A model generated the notes under the pieces. The model had not been told where the DNA came from. It saw nothing but the letters and a program-made list of their open reading frames with translations, and did not search any database. Shown in pieces: positions 36,986 through 38,474 of a stretch of DNA of 38,474 nt (position 1 is its first letter; each line of letters starts with the position of its first letter). The stretch is from Nemertoderma westbladi (taxonomy: Eukaryota; Animalia; Xenacoelomorpha). The stretch lies in contig JAUCBJ010005466.1 in assembly GCA_032718475.1 (NCBI GenBank), positions 1 to 38,474 on the forward strand. Reading direction: 5' to 3'. The translations under genes were made by a program, and so were the position numbers.

Positions 36986-37533
36986 CTGCCGTGCAATGTA
37001 AAAAGACCGTAAGTCGCATTTTTCCTAAATTCACCTTTTCTGGGTCTAAATAATGCGCTCTATCTAATGGTATAATCGAGAACACCGTATCTACTCTAGT
37101 TCTCGAGATATGCAATGTAGAAAGGCCTTAAGTCACAACATATGTATAGTGTTACAAAGGAAAAAGACCGTAAGTGCAATACTTACATAAGACCGCAACT
37201 AATTGAATTTATGCCAAAAAAAACCGAACAAAAAAACAAGACTTACGGTGTTTTGTCATTGCATAGATAATAAGAAAACGCAAATACGGTTTTATTGAAA
37301 TATGTGTCTTGAAATATGTATTTACATATAGGTTGTACAATGCAAAAATACTGTAAGTACAAAAAATAACTCTGACGTCAAAATATTAATGGAAAGTAAA
37401 AAATAATCACGTAAAAAAATTTCCCACCCCCAATCGCGTAGGATTATAAAAAATTAGTAATTTACGGACATTTTAAACCAACAATCTCGAAATGACTTTT
37501 TGTCACTTGCGGTCTTTTCACATTGCACGGCAG
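36986..37533. mobile_element. 548-bp non-autonomous DNA transposon (MITE) with ~29-bp TIRs and 4-bp TSD AGTT
   Basis: Left end CTGCCGTGCAATGTAAAAAGACCGTAAGT; the right end reverse-complements to CTGCCGTGCAATGTGAAAAGACCGCAAGT. AGTT lies at 36982-36985 and 37534-37537. Internal copies of the AAAAGACCGTAAGT motif occur in both orientations. Confidence 0.9.
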
Positions 37534-37747
37534 AGTTATTGATGAAATAATAATACATTTATATACTAAATAAATAATAATACTGTTAAGTTATTAAGTG
37601 TTATCATCGCTAATATTATTTTACATGCTACTCCAAAAAGTGGGCCTGCCAGAAACTTTTTAAAAATCCACCACATTACAATATTACAAGAAAACTGATA
37701 GCTGTGGTATAACTGATATGAACTGGATACAGGGTAAATCTTTTCGA

Positions 37748-37930
37748 CCTACGCGTAGGCCTACGCGTAGCTACGCGTAGCTACGCGTAGCTACGCGTAG
37801 TTCGCAACATTGGGTCATATATCACCAGTTTCAGAGTTTTAACAATAACTACGCGTAGGTGCTACGCGTAGCTACGCGTAGGTGCTACGCGTAGCTACGC
37901 GTAGGTCCTACGCGACCTACGCATAGGTGC
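37748..37930. repeat. Two clusters of the palindromic 10-mer CTACGCGTAG
   Basis: Five copies at 37749-37800, then five intact plus two degenerate copies at 37849-37930, some spaced by GTG. Confidence 0.95.
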
Positions 37931-38474
37931 TACCCATAACTATGCCTATACGTCGTTTATCATTAGTAGGCTTACGTATTCCAAGCGAGTCAGTACTAAA
38001 ATAAGACACAATACGGTATGTTCAATAAACAACCCACAACCATCAAATGCTTTCAACAGTAATGTATCCTATACCTGTATACTCTATATAGAGGAATACG
38101 CGAAAACTACATAATTCTTCACTTCATGCGTTGCGGGCGGTAAAATGTGTTAATAATTAATGTTTAGAGTTCAAAAATAGTTTACAAAGGAAATAGGCCG
38201 ATGGTTCTTATCGATTCTCTATGCTTTTTATTGCCTTTGTTCACGATAGGGCAACTAGGATATACTGTTTTTAATATGTTAACCCCTTGACAAGGGAAGG
38301 GGGAGACTAAATTGTCTATCATGAGACGTGAATTTTAAGTTTACTTTTTATTCATCCTCTGTGTTTGTATGTGAAAGAGCCGAATATTATTTATTACCAG
38401 TGCTGTATGTAGAGATATGAGTTTCCGATTCTGATATTACATTTGTCTGATAATCAGATACCTGACATGTACCG

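Overview
AT-rich eukaryotic (invertebrate metazoan-like) genomic DNA, not prokaryotic. About 72% of the window (1318-28918) is one GC-richer satellite built from interspersed 41-bp and 56-bp units, roughly 600 in all. It shows nested kb-scale duplications and carries a single 83-bp non-satellite island. All ORFs listed inside it are repeat translations. The last ~9.5 kb holds diverged local duplications, a 208-bp TSD-flanked insert resembling an mRNA 3' end, a tRNA-derived SINE, a decayed RTE-type LINE and a 61-bp minisatellite. It also holds a TEX36/HDNR-like reading frame with an in-frame TAA, split exactly inside its H|DNR motif by a 716-bp retroposon-like insert. Further right are the 3' exons of an atypical fibrinogen-related (FReD) gene on the minus strand, a MITE with a 4-bp TSD and a cluster of perfect palindromic 10-mers. 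I see no convincing new multi-gene system. The best leads are the split TEX36-like locus, the satellite's architecture and island, and the FReD gene. Family assignments come from remembered motifs, not database searches.
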